Assembly (NCBI RefSeq): GCF_001194135.2
Contig: NC_068989.1
Location: forward strand, 94,314,659-94,378,658
DNA length: 64,000 nucleotides
Direction: 5' to 3'
DNA from: Octopus bimaculoides
Lineage: Eukaryota
In this document: piece after piece, positions 11,797 to 25,939 of the stretch
Position numbering within the stretch: the stretch's first letter is position 1
Layout: every line of letters starts with the position of its first letter
Position numbers and translations under genes: made by a program
The notes under the pieces: generated by a model
Told to the model about the DNA's origin: nothing
Database searches by the model: none
The model's input: only the letters and a program-made list of their open reading frames with translations

Positions 11797-13022
11797 CAGA
11801 GTGCGTAAAATATTATAGGACAGATTCATGTATATAAAAAAAACGTATATAATAACAGATAATTTTATTTATCAAAAATACTATGAGGATAAAAATAAAC
11901 CTTCTTTTCTATAATTTTATTCAATAAAGCCACCTTCAGGTTCAACAACTGTTTCTATAAGAGATGTAAATCCTCTACATGCTCGATTCATTTTCGACAC
12001 AACTCTGACTATGGCAGCTTTCAGAAAATCTTTGGTGTTGTGGGAGTGTTCATTGACTTCTCAACAACGCTCTACATGGATTGAGATCTGAGGAATTAGG
12101 AGGTCAAATGTTAGGGACTATGTGATCATGAAAATTTTCAGCTAGCCATTCCTGTGTTACTAGAGCCATGTGTGATAGTGCAGAGTTTTACTGAAACGGG
12201 TATGACCTTCTATCGCATACACTGTCTATCCAGAGCTTAACAATTATTTCCAGGACCTCAATGTGGGCGGCAGGGTTAACTCTAAGGCCTTGTGGAAAGA
12301 AGTAAGGAGGCATCACATGTCCTTCATTGCTGACAACCCTTAAAACTATGACAGTTGCATGACATTTTTTATGCATAACATTTGGAAATTCAGAAGGGTC
12401 TGCACATAACCATCTGTCGCTTCTTCTGCTAACTTTTTGAACATGGTTGAAGTTTTACTTGTTTGAGAAGAACGAAATCAAATCTTCTTCTGCTGCATTT
12501 TTCAGTTTGTTTAAGAGACTATTCGATCTGATGTAGTGATTTTCTTTTGCTTTTTCTTACAAATTGACCTTTTCTGATCCTATAAGACTTATATCTGATG
12601 TCTTCGTGGACAACATTTCTGAATGTTCCTTCTGACACATGGACATCTTTTGCAATTGATCTCATGAACTTTCTGGAATTTTAATTTATGTCCTGTTGAA
12701 CTTGTTGGAATGGTTCAGGTGTTCTGATGACTTCAGAGCGTTTAGAACCCTTTTTATTCCTTGATTCTGGTGATGCACTTCCATCTTCACTCTCTAGCTC
12801 CTTACCAACTTTGTAGACGAAAGATCTGGCAACTTTCGAAAATCGAGATATTTCTAAATCGCTATGCCCAGTCTTTATAACCACAACAGCATGCCTCTTC
12901 ATTTCTTGAGTAAGCTGAGGGTCTGCCGTAAATATTTTCTCAAACAAAGATTATACAGAATTAGCAAAAAAAAGCAGCAATGACTCCAAACAAGAATGTC
13001 CTCAAATACCTTCTGTACCCTG
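11797..13022 (-). mobile_element. Tc1/mariner-superfamily transposon, maT (DD37D)-like, degenerate, both ends present
   Basis: Imperfect TIRs (CAGAGTGCGTAAAATATTATAGGACA vs reverse complement CAGGGTACAGAAGGTATTTGAGGACA), TA on both flanks; transposase pieces KRHAVVVIKTGHSDLEISRF, VVSNEGHVMPPYFFPQGLRVN, PPNSSDLNP. Confidence 0.8.
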
Positions 13023-13286
13023 TATATACATACATATATATATATATATANNNNNNNNNNNNNNNNNNNNNNNNNNNNNNNNNNNNNNNNNNNNNNNNNN
13101 NNNNNNNNNNNNNNNNNNNNNNNNNNNNNNNNNNNNNNNNNNNNNNNNNNNNNNNNNNNNNNNNNNNNNNNNNNNNNNNNNNNNNNNNNNNNNNNNNNNN
13201 NNNNNNNNNNNNNNNNNNNNNNNNNNNNNNNNNNNNNNNNNNNNNNNNNNNNNNNNNNNNNNNNNNNNNNNNNNNNNNNNNNNNNN

Positions 13287-13325
<39 letters not shown>

Positions 13326-14449
13326 CACATACACCCATGTCTGTCTATTATAGATTATATATGACCATTTTTTTCGACTTACATTCAAACGGAAGAGGAA
13401 GAAACATAAGTTAAATATTGTCCCTGGTTTATTTTTTATATGTACAATCTCTTTTAAATTTAATATATCATTTCTGCATCGTGTAATATTTTCGATCTGT
13501 GACATTTAAATTTAAACCATTCATATTTCCCTGATTAGAATTTATTTTCACCTTTTTTAGCTAAGCCTAAACGCGCAAAAAATACAAAATATGTGGCCTT
13601 CTGATCTTAAAGATTCATGCAAATATTGATTTAACCACATAATAGCACTCAATCGTGTATACATACACACGCAAGAGATATCATGCGTGAGGACACATAC
13701 GCACACACACAAACACACACACATTGAGTGTACATACACATAAACATGAATATAAGAATTTCGTGTGTGTGTGTGTGAATGAAACGATATGACTGTGTAT
13801 ATACTATATACAAATGTATAATTATTTACCCTTATGTTTGCATCCGTGCATGCGAAGCTGCTGTATCAGCGTCTATTCCTTCAGTTTGATCTATAGGGGA
13901 ATAACATACAATAAATGCTTTAGCCTTCGGCACACTTTCTAAATAAGCATGAAGTAAATTATACGCATTTATCTATCAATACATCTATGTCAACAAAACG
14001 GATGGATGTTTAAATCAAATTGGTTAGGTTCAACATTCTATTTCATTTTGATGCTCTTGGACTACTTTATGTCCAAATTACATTCAAGGCTTTGGATAAA
14101 ATACTTTAACAAACTGACGTTTATATAGCTTTTTCTTTTTCTATTACTTCATTTATCTTACTGTAGCTACCCTGCTATAGGACCACAATTAAAAAGGGAA
14201 TGTCGCAGAAATTAATATGAAATAAATATTGGTATTTTGATAGTTATTTCGCCGTATTTTGCAAACTTAGAATTATTTAATTTTGAATAAGAAAATGGTT
14301 TAAACATATAGCATTTGAAGTTTAAACATATATCATATGAACAAAACAGCGTAATTATTGGTGCTTCCAGCTTATTTAATACTAAGGGGTACATATGAAA
14401 AGAATTTTGATTGACACACACACATATGTATGTATAAATACACACACTC

Positions 14450-14492
<43 letters not shown>

Positions 14493-14859
14493 AAAAATAC
14501 ACAGACACACGCACGTATATATATATACATACATAGTACACACACAATATTTACGACTTATTCATTGCCAGGAATTCAACAATGTTTACTAAGTATAGTT
14601 AATGGGATGCAACAATGTTATTTAAGAATATATCCTGATATCTCACCCAGCATAGGAATGTTGAGATTCTTCCTCAATAAATGTTTTTTTTTTTTTATGC
14701 ATTAAAAATATCTCAGAATATTTGTTTAACAAAGAATGTGAACCAAGTTAGTGAATTCAATTAACTATTTCAGTACAACCGTCAATGAAGAGCTGTTCTC
14801 GTGGTTGTTCGACTAGTCCAGAAATGGCATCCATCACCTATTCAGGCCTCTTCGGACAT

Positions 14860-15130
14860 TTTGAACCTGCACACGTCATCCATTTTAGTCTTGAAGTAGT
14901 TGAGGGAGGTCTTCGTTGAAGTATCTTGTGTCTCTGGTTATTTGATCTACCGACGTGGCGTTCACACTACCTTCTTTGAGTACGACCATGTTTGTTTAGC
15001 TCGCCATCAGTGTCCCGCAAATTGCAAGCGCATTTCCTTTATAATGGTGGAAATAAGCCTAAGACATCCTTACATCTGTTTCTAGGTGAGACTAGTTCTC
15101 CAAGATATGTTTAAGACTACTCTCAACATA
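14860..15130 (-). mobile_element. RTE-clade LINE 3' fragment
   Basis: RMLRVVLNISW...ISTIIKEMRLQFAGH*WR ~ RMLRAVLNISW...ISTTIRERRLRFAGHCWR. Confidence 0.75.
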
Positions 15131-15776
15131 CGCAAGTAATAGAATCTGAAATTCCACTAGAATTTCATCCTGCCCTCATAGAGTATTGGATGAGGAGCAA
15201 ATATGTGTAAGCGTTAATTCGCAATAAAATTTTATACACAGAGGAGATAATTTCCCCTTCTGTTGCTGTTATACACAACGAATATGAATGAAAATATGTT
15301 GATAAAGACGGCTGACAATACAGCTAATATACATGAAATCATACAATAAAATGCTAATATGATTCCTAATCTATAAACTTCTTTAAATGGTCCACTAAAA
15401 TAGTATGCTTTTCATTTGCTATCGTTTAATTATTCTGCGTCATTCTGTATAATTTACTTGTTTTGTGGAGTAAACAATGCATATCTACATTTTTAAACAG
15501 AATTTCCTCAAAAGCAAATCTCTTTTAATTCAAAATTACAGATTATATGATGAAGAAGAAATGAATCTTCTAATGTAAATGTTATTTATGATCCCATCGC
15601 TTGATGAATACATATAATTATTTCCATTATGTGTGTTTGTGCGCGCGCATGCATAAGGCCGCGTGTGTACATCACGCCGTGTACATAAAGTTTGCATAAT
15701 GAAAGAGATTAACAGAGATGAGGTCTCTGTTAATTTTCTCTCGAAGAGATATATACAATAATTTGTTTTGCTTCTT

Positions 15777-15819
<43 letters not shown>

Positions 15820-16159
15820 AGGGAGAGAGATAATGAAAGAGAGAGAAAGAGAGAGTGGGAGAGAGAGAACGATATGGATACAGAGGGATATAAATATGTG
15901 CGAGTATTAACCTTTATATATGTGAGAGTGTGTGTGTGTGTGTATGCGAGTGTGTGTGCGTACCCAAGTGTGTGTGTGCGCGTGCGCGTCCGTGTGTGTG
16001 TGTTTGTGATGCCATACTTAAACGAGAGAAAGGAAACAAAAATAAGTAAATTTGGCCAGTGATATATATGGATATATACCGGGTGCCATGGATAAATTGT
16101 CGCCATTTTATTTTTTTAATTTTGTACATGCGCATTATTTGTTTTTGATTTTGTCGACT

Positions 16160-16583
16160 ACACAGTACAGTAGGGTCAGTTGGGCACCGTTTGTGAGAAA
16201 AGCAGCACCATGACGCAATTAACGCTGCCAGAAATTTAGAAAAGACATGCTGTACTGCTTGGCATACGCGCCTGAAGCTGCAACATTTCTGTCAAGATCA
16301 CATGATGAACACACAGAACAGCCGTTGGTTTGCCTTCTCCCCCAAAACATATACCGCGAGTGATAAAACATCCAGTCAACATCATGATGCTTGGAAGGAA
16401 CACTAGTGATGGTGACGTTATGCCTCTGTTCATCTTCCCACACGGCCTCAGTCTCAACACGGAGGTCTACATCAAGAGCATGGAAGACATAGCGTTGCCT
16501 TGGGTTAAGAGGGTGGCTGTTGAAAGACCTTATATCTGGCAACAGGACTCTGCGCCATGCCACTCAAGCAGGAGAACTCTTTA
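16160..16583 (+). mobile_element. Internally deleted maT/Tc1-like transposon fragment
   Basis: MTQLTLPEI*KRHAVLLGIRA joined almost directly to NTQNSRWFA...DGDVMPLFIFPHGL...WQQDSAPCH; same family type as 11797-13022. Confidence 0.8.
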
Positions 16584-16908
16584 GTATTTCAAGATATTTC
16601 TATGTAATTTTGGTAAATATATCTGTTAAAACGCGATGTCAGTGTTATTTTCATTTTTGCGTAATTTAGACGATACTTTATTCACCACTCCCGGTATATG
16701 TAACATAATTTACATCACAGTGACTCTAGCAATACAGTGTTGAATATATTGAAAACCAGATTAGTAAACGTATTAATTTGTAATGATCTACAAGTTTGAT
16801 GCTTTACGATATTATATTTCATTTTCTCAATCAAAATCGTTTTGACTACTTGTCAAATTACAAGTGTTCTACTGCTTTTCTAAAGAAAAAAAAACTGGGC
16901 AAGTGTTT

Positions 16909-17070
16909 TAGGAGTGGCTGTCTGATAAGTAGCTTCTTTACCAACCACATGGTTCTGGGTTCAGTCCCACTGCGTCGCATCTTGGGCAAGTGTCTTCTAC
17001 TATAGCCTCGGGCTGACCAAAACCTTGTGAGTGGATTTGGTAGACGGAAACTGAAAGAAGCCCGTCGTAT
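16909..17070 (+). mobile_element. tRNA-derived SINE, family 2 (5' half)
   Basis: taggagtggctg...gggttcagtcccactgcg...gacggaaactgaaagaagcccgtcg, running into (TA)n and an N gap. Confidence 0.85.
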
Positions 17071-18770
17071 ATATATATGTATATATATATATATATATAT
17101 NNNNNNNNNNNNNNNNNNNNNNNNNNNNNNNNNNNNNNNNNNNNNNNNNNNNNNNNNNNNNNNNNNNNNNNNNNNNNNNNNNNNNNNNNNNNNNNNNNNN
17201 NNNNNNNNNNNNNNNNNNNNNNNNNNNNNNNNNNNNNNNNNNNNNNNNNNNNNNNNNNNNNNNNNNNNNNNNNNNNNNNNNNNNNNNNNNNNNNNNNNNN
17301 NNNNNNNNNNNNNNNNNNNNNNNNNNNNNNNNNNNNNNNNNNNNNNNNNNNNNNNNNNNNNNNNNNNNNNNNNNNNNNNNNNNNNNNNNNNNNNNNNNNN
17401 NNNNNNNNNNNNNNNNNNNNNNNNNNNNNNNNNNNNNNNNNNNNNNNNNNNNNNNNNNNNNNNNNNNNNNNNNNNNNNNNNNNNNNNNNNNNNNNNNNNN
17501 NNNNNNNNNNNNNNNNNNNNNNNNNNNNNNNNNNNNNNNNNNNNNNNNNNNNNNNNNNNNNNNNNNNNNNNNNNNNNNNNNNNNNNNNNNNNNNNNNNNN
17601 NNNNNNNNNNNNNNNNNNNNNNNNNNNNNNNNNNNNNNNNNNNNNNNNNNNNNNNNNNNNNNNNNNNNNNNNNNNNNNNNNNNNNNNNNNNNNNNNNNNN
17701 NNNNNNNNNNNNNNNNNNNNNNNNNNNNNNNNNNNNNNNNNNNNNNNNNNNNNNNNNNNNNNNNNNNNNNNNNNNNNNNNNNNNNNNNNTATATATATAT
17801 CTTTGGTGTTGTTGAACATTACGCTTGTCGCTGAAGTTATTGAAGTACTTTTCATATATACACATAAGCAGGTATGCATTTTTATATATGTATATACTTA
17901 CATATATATATATATAGGTGTGTGTGTGTGCGTGTGCGTGTGTGTGTGAAGAAAAAGAAAATGGAGACTGAGAAGTTAATAATTGTTTATTATTAACAAT
18001 AAATCAATCATCTTTCCATATGCTGTTTCAATTAATACTCAGTAAATCCAATTAAACATTAAATTCATATGACCTGAGCATAATACCTTGAGAGGGAAAA
18101 ATTATACTTAACGAGCAAAACATTAGGCCTATCACTAAAAAATGGCATGTAAGTTACACCTAGGAAAAACGTTGGTTTAATTTATATATGCACACATTCT
18201 CACAATAACAGCACTTTACTCAAATTAAGTTTACGGCACGAGATATCGTTCCAGAGAACTATGCATGGGATCGAACTAGAAACTGGATAAATACAAAGCG
18301 TGATACCAGTCTACAAAAGCGCCATAGTATAGATTACACATTGTGACAAAAAATTCAGCGGTAACTATTCCATGCTCAGTATACGGCGTAGTAATTTGAA
18401 ACATGCAATTAAACCTTGAAACATAAATGTCTAATTTCCACTAAAATAAGCGAACTTTATGAGCGTTAAGAAGCATTAGATATCTCTTCACGTAGCTATA
18501 TTTGCTTTTGCTCAAATTGAACATTAAAAATATATGCAAATAAATAAAATGTATGGAAATTGAGTGTAGATATGAAATATGATAAAAAATGTAGATATTT
18601 GTTTTTCAACACGATTCATTCATACACACATACACACACATACATACATACATATATATGTGTATATATNNNNNNNNNNNNNNNNNNNNNNNNNNNNNNN
18701 NNNNNNNNNNNNNNNNNNNNNNNNNNNNNNNNNNNNNNNNNNNNNNNNNNNNNNNNNNNNNNNNNNNNNN

Positions 18771-18830
<60 letters not shown>

Positions 18831-19169
18831 TGTGTGTATGTATGTATGAATATATGTGTGTATGAATATATGTATGTATGTACTGAAGCGCGAACACAGA
18901 CGCTATTTGTATCGATCACTGTATATATACCGAGAGATGCATAGGCTTATGTATGTAATGAGATAGATTGATAGATATAAATAATGCGTAAAAATACATA
19001 TACACACATATTTACATACACATTCATGAGTATATGTATATATGCATATATGTTTTGTTAAATAGAGTCAGATATCTGACCGATGGTTTGATTTTTTCGT
19101 TAGCCAATTTATTTTACTACATGAAAAAATGAGATAGATTCTTAATGTAGTGAGATAAAAACCATTGGA

Positions 19170-21480
19170 AAGAAGGTACCCGAGGGGTACGTTGTGTTAG
19201 TCCTGAACAAAGATGTCAAGAAAGTGTGGTAAAATGCAACGAAAAATAAGAATGAACGCACTTGAGAACAGTCTCTTAAGAATAATTATAAGGCTACTAA
19301 GAATGTTTGTTAAGAGTGGTAAAGTAAAATGAACAAATGAATCGGGTGGACATGTGCAGGAGGCCTACAGTAAGAACTCGTGGACGGCTTGAAACACCTA
19401 ACCAAACAAGTAATCAGTTTTTAGTTGGGTTATTTCATCAAGAGATAGGTACGTTGCTGCGTGAAGAATTAACAGCGAAGAGCGCACCAGGAGACAATGA
19501 CGTGCCCTACCGAGTGTACAAACATTGTAATCAATTAAGTTATGCACTCCATCTACTACCTAATGTTGTGCGGCCAAGGTGAAATCGTTTATGACTGATA
19601 AGGCAGAAGTTTACTTACGAAAGCTGGAGCTGAACTGATTGGGCAATTCAGACCAATTTCAGTCATGAATGTATATGAGATTTGTATGAATCACCTTTCA
19701 AGCGAATAAAACTATATTTCTGTAAAATAATGGCTATGTGACTGTAGGTATGTAGCAGACTGGAATACGTAGAAGTGTTGGGTGTGTGGAACGCGCATTT
19801 TGAGTCTGTAATGCGATACAAGACGTGAAGAAGTATTTGAAGAGATTTAAATCTTCTATCGCCTGGCCTGGCTAATGCTCATAGTTGTGCACCACACAAA
19901 TTGATGATAGAAGCAATGTACTTCTTTTATATACCAGAGAAGACTAAGGAACTGTTGAGTAGCTACTGACAATTTCAACATGAGATTCATGACACAATTT
20001 TACAACGGACTGGCATCGTCTTGAAATTAAATTTGCAGTGAATTGCATTTGGTTTGTATTTGTAATGCAGATGTTACTTAAATCAGCAAAACTGCTCAGA
20101 AGAAATGGCTCGAGTGAAATCACCTCAGAAGGCATTCATGGGTGACATCACAATGCTCACAAGCGAGCAAATGGATATGCAGATAGTTTTCGATAGACTG
20201 GATGGACTAATTACTTGGTGAAGAATTCAGTTCAAAGGAAATGAATCACACAAACTGACATTTGTCAAAGGTTGGCAGCAACAAGTTAAGTTCACAATAG
20301 CAGGAGAAACTGTGCCAATGGTTAAAGACACAACGGTAAAAATTTAGAGTGACGGTATGCTGACTCGTTATCCAATAAGAACAGAAGCCGACGATGTATT
20401 AAAAGCAAAACTACTGGACAAATACAAGATTTGACGTCTGCGGATTGGTCTATTTTCACCCCACGATATCATTTCTTCTCGTTCATTTACTAAGTAGCAC
20501 TGTCTAGAGATCACGGGACAAAAATGCAGTATTTACATCAGGAAATGACTTGGTCTATCCCGAACGATTAGCAGTATAACGTTACGTTGAAAGAGAGCAC
20601 CTCTTCAACTACCACTAATATCGACGGTTGCGATCTACGAAGCACGGAAGGTGAAAACAATGATGATTCCGAAGGTGTCCGATGCCGTAGAAATACGAGA
20701 CAACCCGCCAGATGGCAAGACTACAAGCAAATGCAAAGACAGAAACTGATGACATAATAGCAACACTTGAGCATAGGGATATAGGGAAAGTAATTCAAAA
20801 TTACCGCAAAGTTATTGGTTATCATCCATTTAACTTATTTTCAACGATTATATAGGGAGAGCGCAGAGGCTGTTAGATCTAGAGAAGCGGTAACAAAGAC
20901 CTCAGCAACGACGGATGATCAAGTGTAAAGAAGATGTTATGAGAAGCAGAGGGAAATGGCCAATACTTGCAAAAACACAGAAACTGGCAGTGTTTTATCA
21001 CATTCGTTCGCCAGTGTCAAAGCAGTTACCTAAAACAGGAGAAAGGAGTGAACGACAAGAAACTGGGACATAGTTTGGGATGGGCAGCAGATCTTTTACG
21101 GTATGAACGCCTCTTTCCAGTAACAAGGAAGGAAGCAAAATGGCGTTAGGAAATAAAATAGCAATTTTTTTTTTAATGAACTGTTCCACATAAAAACAAT
21201 ATAGTTGTATATTACATTACGAAAGAGGAGCGGTATGAAATGCTACCGGAAGACTGTATACATGCTGGCTCGATTGCAGTATACTGTCCTGTAGAAATTG
21301 TATGTAGGAGTTCTATTGGAATTATATTGAAACAATCATCGCCATGAGCTGGTGTCAAACATCGTGAAACCAAACAACATCTTGAAAGAAATTCAGGAGG
21401 CAGTTGACAAAAGCAGCCATTGCATATGGTGAAAAGAAATGGTGAAATCTGGTTAGAGAAGTGATGTGAAGTAGGGAGTT
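19170..21480 (+). mobile_element. HERO-clade (RLE) non-LTR retrotransposon remnant: RT and restriction-like endonuclease
   Basis: KSAPGDNDVPYRVYKHC; GQFRPISVMNV; LANAHSCAPHKLMIEAM; TTDWHRLE; PQKAFMGDIT (~AFMDD); LITW*RIQFK; IRK*LGLSRTISSITL; EDCIHAG..CPVEIVCR; EIQEAVDKSSHCIW. These match HERO-type ORF motifs in order; heavily frameshifted. Confidence 0.85.
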
Positions 21481-21505
21481 GTTTGCTTAAATACAAAGTC
21501 AGATG

Positions 21506-21556
21506 TACATGACTTCGTAATTACATGACTTCGTAATTAGTACATGACTTCGTAGT
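21506..21556. repeat. 16-bp tandem repeat (tacatgacttcgtaat) x3
   Basis: Units at 21506-21521, 21522-21537 and 21541-21556. Confidence 0.95.
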
Positions 21557-21605
21557 TAGAATGATATCGAATGGTACCGCTGAACGAATACAAATCGGTG
21601 GGTCT

Positions 21606-22145
21606 TTAAAGACGGCGTTTCACATCAGTTGTGGGACAGTTTTCGGTAAAACTGCTGAGAGGAATACTTGGAAATAGTGAGCATTTTCTCCTTACGATCC
21701 CTAAATTCAACTGGCGTGTGACATACGGACTTTTTGATTGACTACTCTTGTACAAGCAAGGTGTTTCCACGTGACCACGTTTTTCAGTTAGAGATAAGTT
21801 AGACTTAGAGATAAGCTGTAAAGGCAAAGATATTTCTGTATAAAAAATATAAAAAGGACATCTGTTGAAATATTTATGTCGTTTCTAATGAAATCAATCT
21901 TTACAAGGACTTATGGAGATGGACTCAGTAAATGTATTTGTAATTTCGTTTTAGCTAAATTGGAAATATCGAAAAGAAAGGGCTTTGACACATATGCAAG
22001 TCACCAATTGATATTTAAGATGCATAGTTACGAATACGCAGTTCATAACTATAATATGAGAGGCACGCACAGAGTTAACAACTGCAGGTAAGCGCATTGG
22101 TAATATATCACTGCAAAAAGAGGCTGCTACAGAATACATTTGCAA
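21606..22145 (-). pseudogene. RAPGEF2: RAPGEF2/6-like decayed copy E (REM to start of PDZ)
   Basis: SHIIVMNCVFVTMHL ~ GHIVIKGTSERLTMHL; LLSPSP*VLVKI ~ FLSSPMEVGKKL; SNLSLTEKRGHV ~ NNLEREKMGGHL; TRQLNL ~ RRLMTL. Frameshifted; abuts the 3' end of a HERO element. Confidence 0.65.
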
Positions 22146-22768
22146 ATAGAAGATCCAAGCGTGAGTTAATAATGTATAATGTAGTATGACACAATTCTTA
22201 ACTCAGAAAAGTGCTTTCGCTTTAAACAACTACAAAATTCAACTTGGAAGTGGTATAAAAGTGAAACGCTATGAGCTGATCACAACTTGTATTATGGCAG
22301 TTTTGAATAATTTATACGGTAGTATTATATAAAATCTATAATGTAGCTCTTGACTTATTCTCTGTCGTTTCGGAATTGTATCTAATGCAAGAGACCTAAT
22401 TTAAGTTGCATTCAACTTCTGGCGCCCAGCTGTTGAAAATTATAGATACAATAATGTGGTTCCATAAAGTCGTATAATTGGCGTACTTCTGCGAGCGCTT
22501 CTACAGATCACGGCTAAATTTCTTCGTTTCTTTCACGAACTCTGCAACAGTTTTTGCACAGCTCACTAAATATTTCGAGCGTAATTGTAAAAGCTTAACA
22601 TCACTTATATTCTGTCTCATTTTCAAAATGGAGCTACGATTAATAAAACCCCACAGAATCTGCTGGAAATGTTTTGGCAAATCTGTACTCTGTGTAATAC
22701 CACCAAAATAGAGAAAGAATTGTTCGAACCTTCGGCCATCACATATACAGATGCATTACACACATACA

Positions 22769-22821
<53 letters not shown>

Positions 22822-22891
22822 GTGCGAATACTGTTATATATTTAGGCTGTAACATATGTCAGTGTGAATATGTGTATAGATACAATATAAA

Positions 22892-22966
<75 letters not shown>

Positions 22967-23022
22967 ATATNNNNNNNNNNNNNNNNNNNNNNNNNNNNNN
23001 NNNNNNNNNNNNNNNNNNNNNN

Positions 23023-23066
<44 letters not shown>

Positions 23067-23359
23067 GTAAATGATAGGATTGCTTCAATTTTTCAGGGGT
23101 AGTCTGAAGTATCCAAGCAACCAGGGTATGTTTAAATCCGGATGCACTCCTGGGAATTACTTGTGTGGGTACCGTCTTGGTTAGAGGGCATCCAGCGGCA
23201 GGTAATTTATTGTTTAAACCGTAGTTTATAATTATATTTATGTGGAAAATGGAGCAACAAATACAAGAAGAAGCAATTCGGTTGGGCTAGTTAGCCATTG
23301 TTTTATTATGTGGAGGTTATGTAATAATGAGTCGTTGAGGAGCTTATGTAATTAGTCAT

Positions 23360-24107
23360 TTACGCACGTTTCAATTTGCCAAATGGTTTGGCAGATCTCT
23401 TCAGAGCCTTTGTTTCGGAGTCATAGCCATAGATCCACGATTCAATACCTATTATGACCGCTTTCAAAGTCTTTATTGTTCTCGATACTATCAAGGAGAT
23501 CTTGTGTAACTGAAAGCTGAGTGTCTTTGTGGTCAGCTGAAAGCGGTTTTCGTACAAACTTGGCAGTCATGCATCTCATACCCATATCTTCAGTGATAAT
23601 GGACTGAATTGAACTGTAACTAATCTGCACATCCTCTGAAACTCATGGATGGTGATTCGACGATCTCCCATCAAAGCCGCATTCACATCTGCGATGTTTT
23701 TCTCAGTTCTCCTGGCTGCTGGTCTCCCAGAATGTTCTTCACTATCGACATTTTTTCGGCCATTTTAGAAACGTCTGAACTACTTGTTCACTTATGTGCG
23801 GCTAATACACTCCTTTCCATACACTTTCTGTAACCTTGCGTAGGCCTCTGAGCGGGTATCGCCGAAATTTTGGCAAAATTTGATGCTGATTCTTTTATCA
23901 ACTTTCTCTGTCTTGGTCAATGCGGCGATCATACGCTACACACCTTCCTTCCAGTCACTGCTGTAAAGAGTAGAAGTGAGCTCGAATGTTATAACATAGT
24001 GCGCCTGCATAGATGAGTTCAACATCAATCTGAGCCAAGTGGCATCATTCTGCGTGCTTTAGCTTCGTTACTATGTAACTGTATTGATACTTATTGATCA
24101 GACCATC
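23360..24107 (-). mobile_element. mariner (DD34D-type) transposon, 5' half
   Basis: KRISIKFC...SGRP...DRRITIHEF...MRCMTAKFV...IGIESWIYGYDSETK (first catalytic motif decayed); mariner-like TIR gatggtctgatcaataagta ending at 24107 next to TA. Confidence 0.9.
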
Positions 24108-24169
24108 TATATTCCACACAAAGTAGTGAATACTATTCAAAGGCTGAATACATACAGAAGTACATATAC

Positions 24170-24540
24170 ACACATGATACCATCTTCTACAAAAAAGAAT
24201 ACTTATACAAAAAGAATACTTATACAAACCATACCCCTCTCACAATACAGTGAACTTGCAAACAAGGGACAAAAGAATCCAGCACCCAAACTTTGATGGC
24301 GACATATAATTCTGCACGTACCAACTGATAGTCAAGAAACATTTGATAGGAATCTACATGATTTCATCGGGTGTCTAAGAAACATAGGCACCCAATATAT
24401 TCAGTTCCTTACAATAAGACTGAGTGTCTTAAAATATGGAATACCAACTGCAAGAAGAAACTAAGAAAATACCAAAAATCTCAAATACGAAAACTAAAAC
24501 TTGAACACAGTCCTATATTTAATGAAACAAGATCACTCAC
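24170..24540 (+). mobile_element. Possible Penelope-like RT C-terminal remnant
   Basis: TIFYKK..., DSQETFDRNLHDF...; weak motif match; contains a 17-bp duplication caaaaagaatacttata x2. Confidence 0.35.
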
Positions 24541-25939
24541 ACATGCAGTATACGTGCACTATGTGGCACTGTCGGTTTTATTTCTCAAACGAATTGCAAT
24601 TTTCATAGAAGTGCCTGAAACAAATTACATTAGCATAAAGTGAACGTCATCAAGTAACGTATTATACTTGATATATGATATACTAAACGGTTGAACACAC
24701 AACCATCTTTTAGCAGATATGCAACAACACAGATTTGTACGCATACATGTACACAACGACAATATTAACTATCTAACCAATAAAGTATTTCAATTATTTT
24801 TAAATTCAAAACTGTCAATAGTTTAAAATTTATCGCTATGAAATATTTTAACCTAAAGTATGTAATTACAGCAGCTCATAATTTATTTCATAATCTTGAA
24901 ATTATATTGCCAATAGAACGAAATTATTGACTTGGAATTAATTGAAGTTTGATCAGTGAAATAAAAAATATGTGTAGCTTCTAGGTGTTAATGTCAGACA
25001 GTTTCTATTAAACGATCTAATTTCGTATCAATTGCTTAATAGCTTTTGTTGTTTATTGCATGTAAGTACAACAGGTTATGCCTGATTATACATGCACATT
25101 TGAGGTTAAATATATCTCATTTGAATTTTGAAATAGTTGTTTACTAGATGAGCAACAGCGAATATATACTTATCGAGTGCTGTGTACTCGAATATTTTCT
25201 TCTGAATCCCAACATGATAAACATTTGAATTTGATGCTTTTGATATCTTGTACATTATAAAAAGAATGAAAAGAATATATTTACCAAAATTCAGTATTCT
25301 TATTAACTTACCTTTCGCCAAATGTAAATGGTAGACATACGAGATGAATGAATTAGAATATTAATTGATATTACAATCTCTAAAGTAGTTGATAAATGTT
25401 ACCGTAACTTTACGATGTTATACAAGCTGGCACTTACTAAATGAGAAAAGCTAATAGCCAAAGTGAAGATAATGACTGTGAAATTAGATTAAAAGATTCG
25501 AGTGGACATGATTAGTAAATACAACACCTAATATCTGAAATAAGTGAAAACATACATGATGTTAACTAATTCTAATTAACTAGTTGATTAATCTTGGTTT
25601 CTGGAAGTATCTGGAGGTTAATGTACTGTATATAGTGCAAAGTTGAATAAATGTGATTATTTTATATACTCCATGATAAGCTCAGGGGATGTGCTATACT
25701 TTCGTCTTTTCTAGCAACCAGATACACAGCGCTATTCTAATGGCTGTTATTATATCGCTACACGTAACACCAACACTGCCATCACTTCTCGCTAGCATAG
25801 TTCTCCAGGCTTGCAAGTGTTTGGCTATGCAACCGTCTCATTGCATTATGAGATCTAGTCGTGTTTCCAATGAAACACAACTATATATATATGATGGATT
25901 CTCTTGTTGTGAACAACAAATGAGTGACTGTCGGTCATT

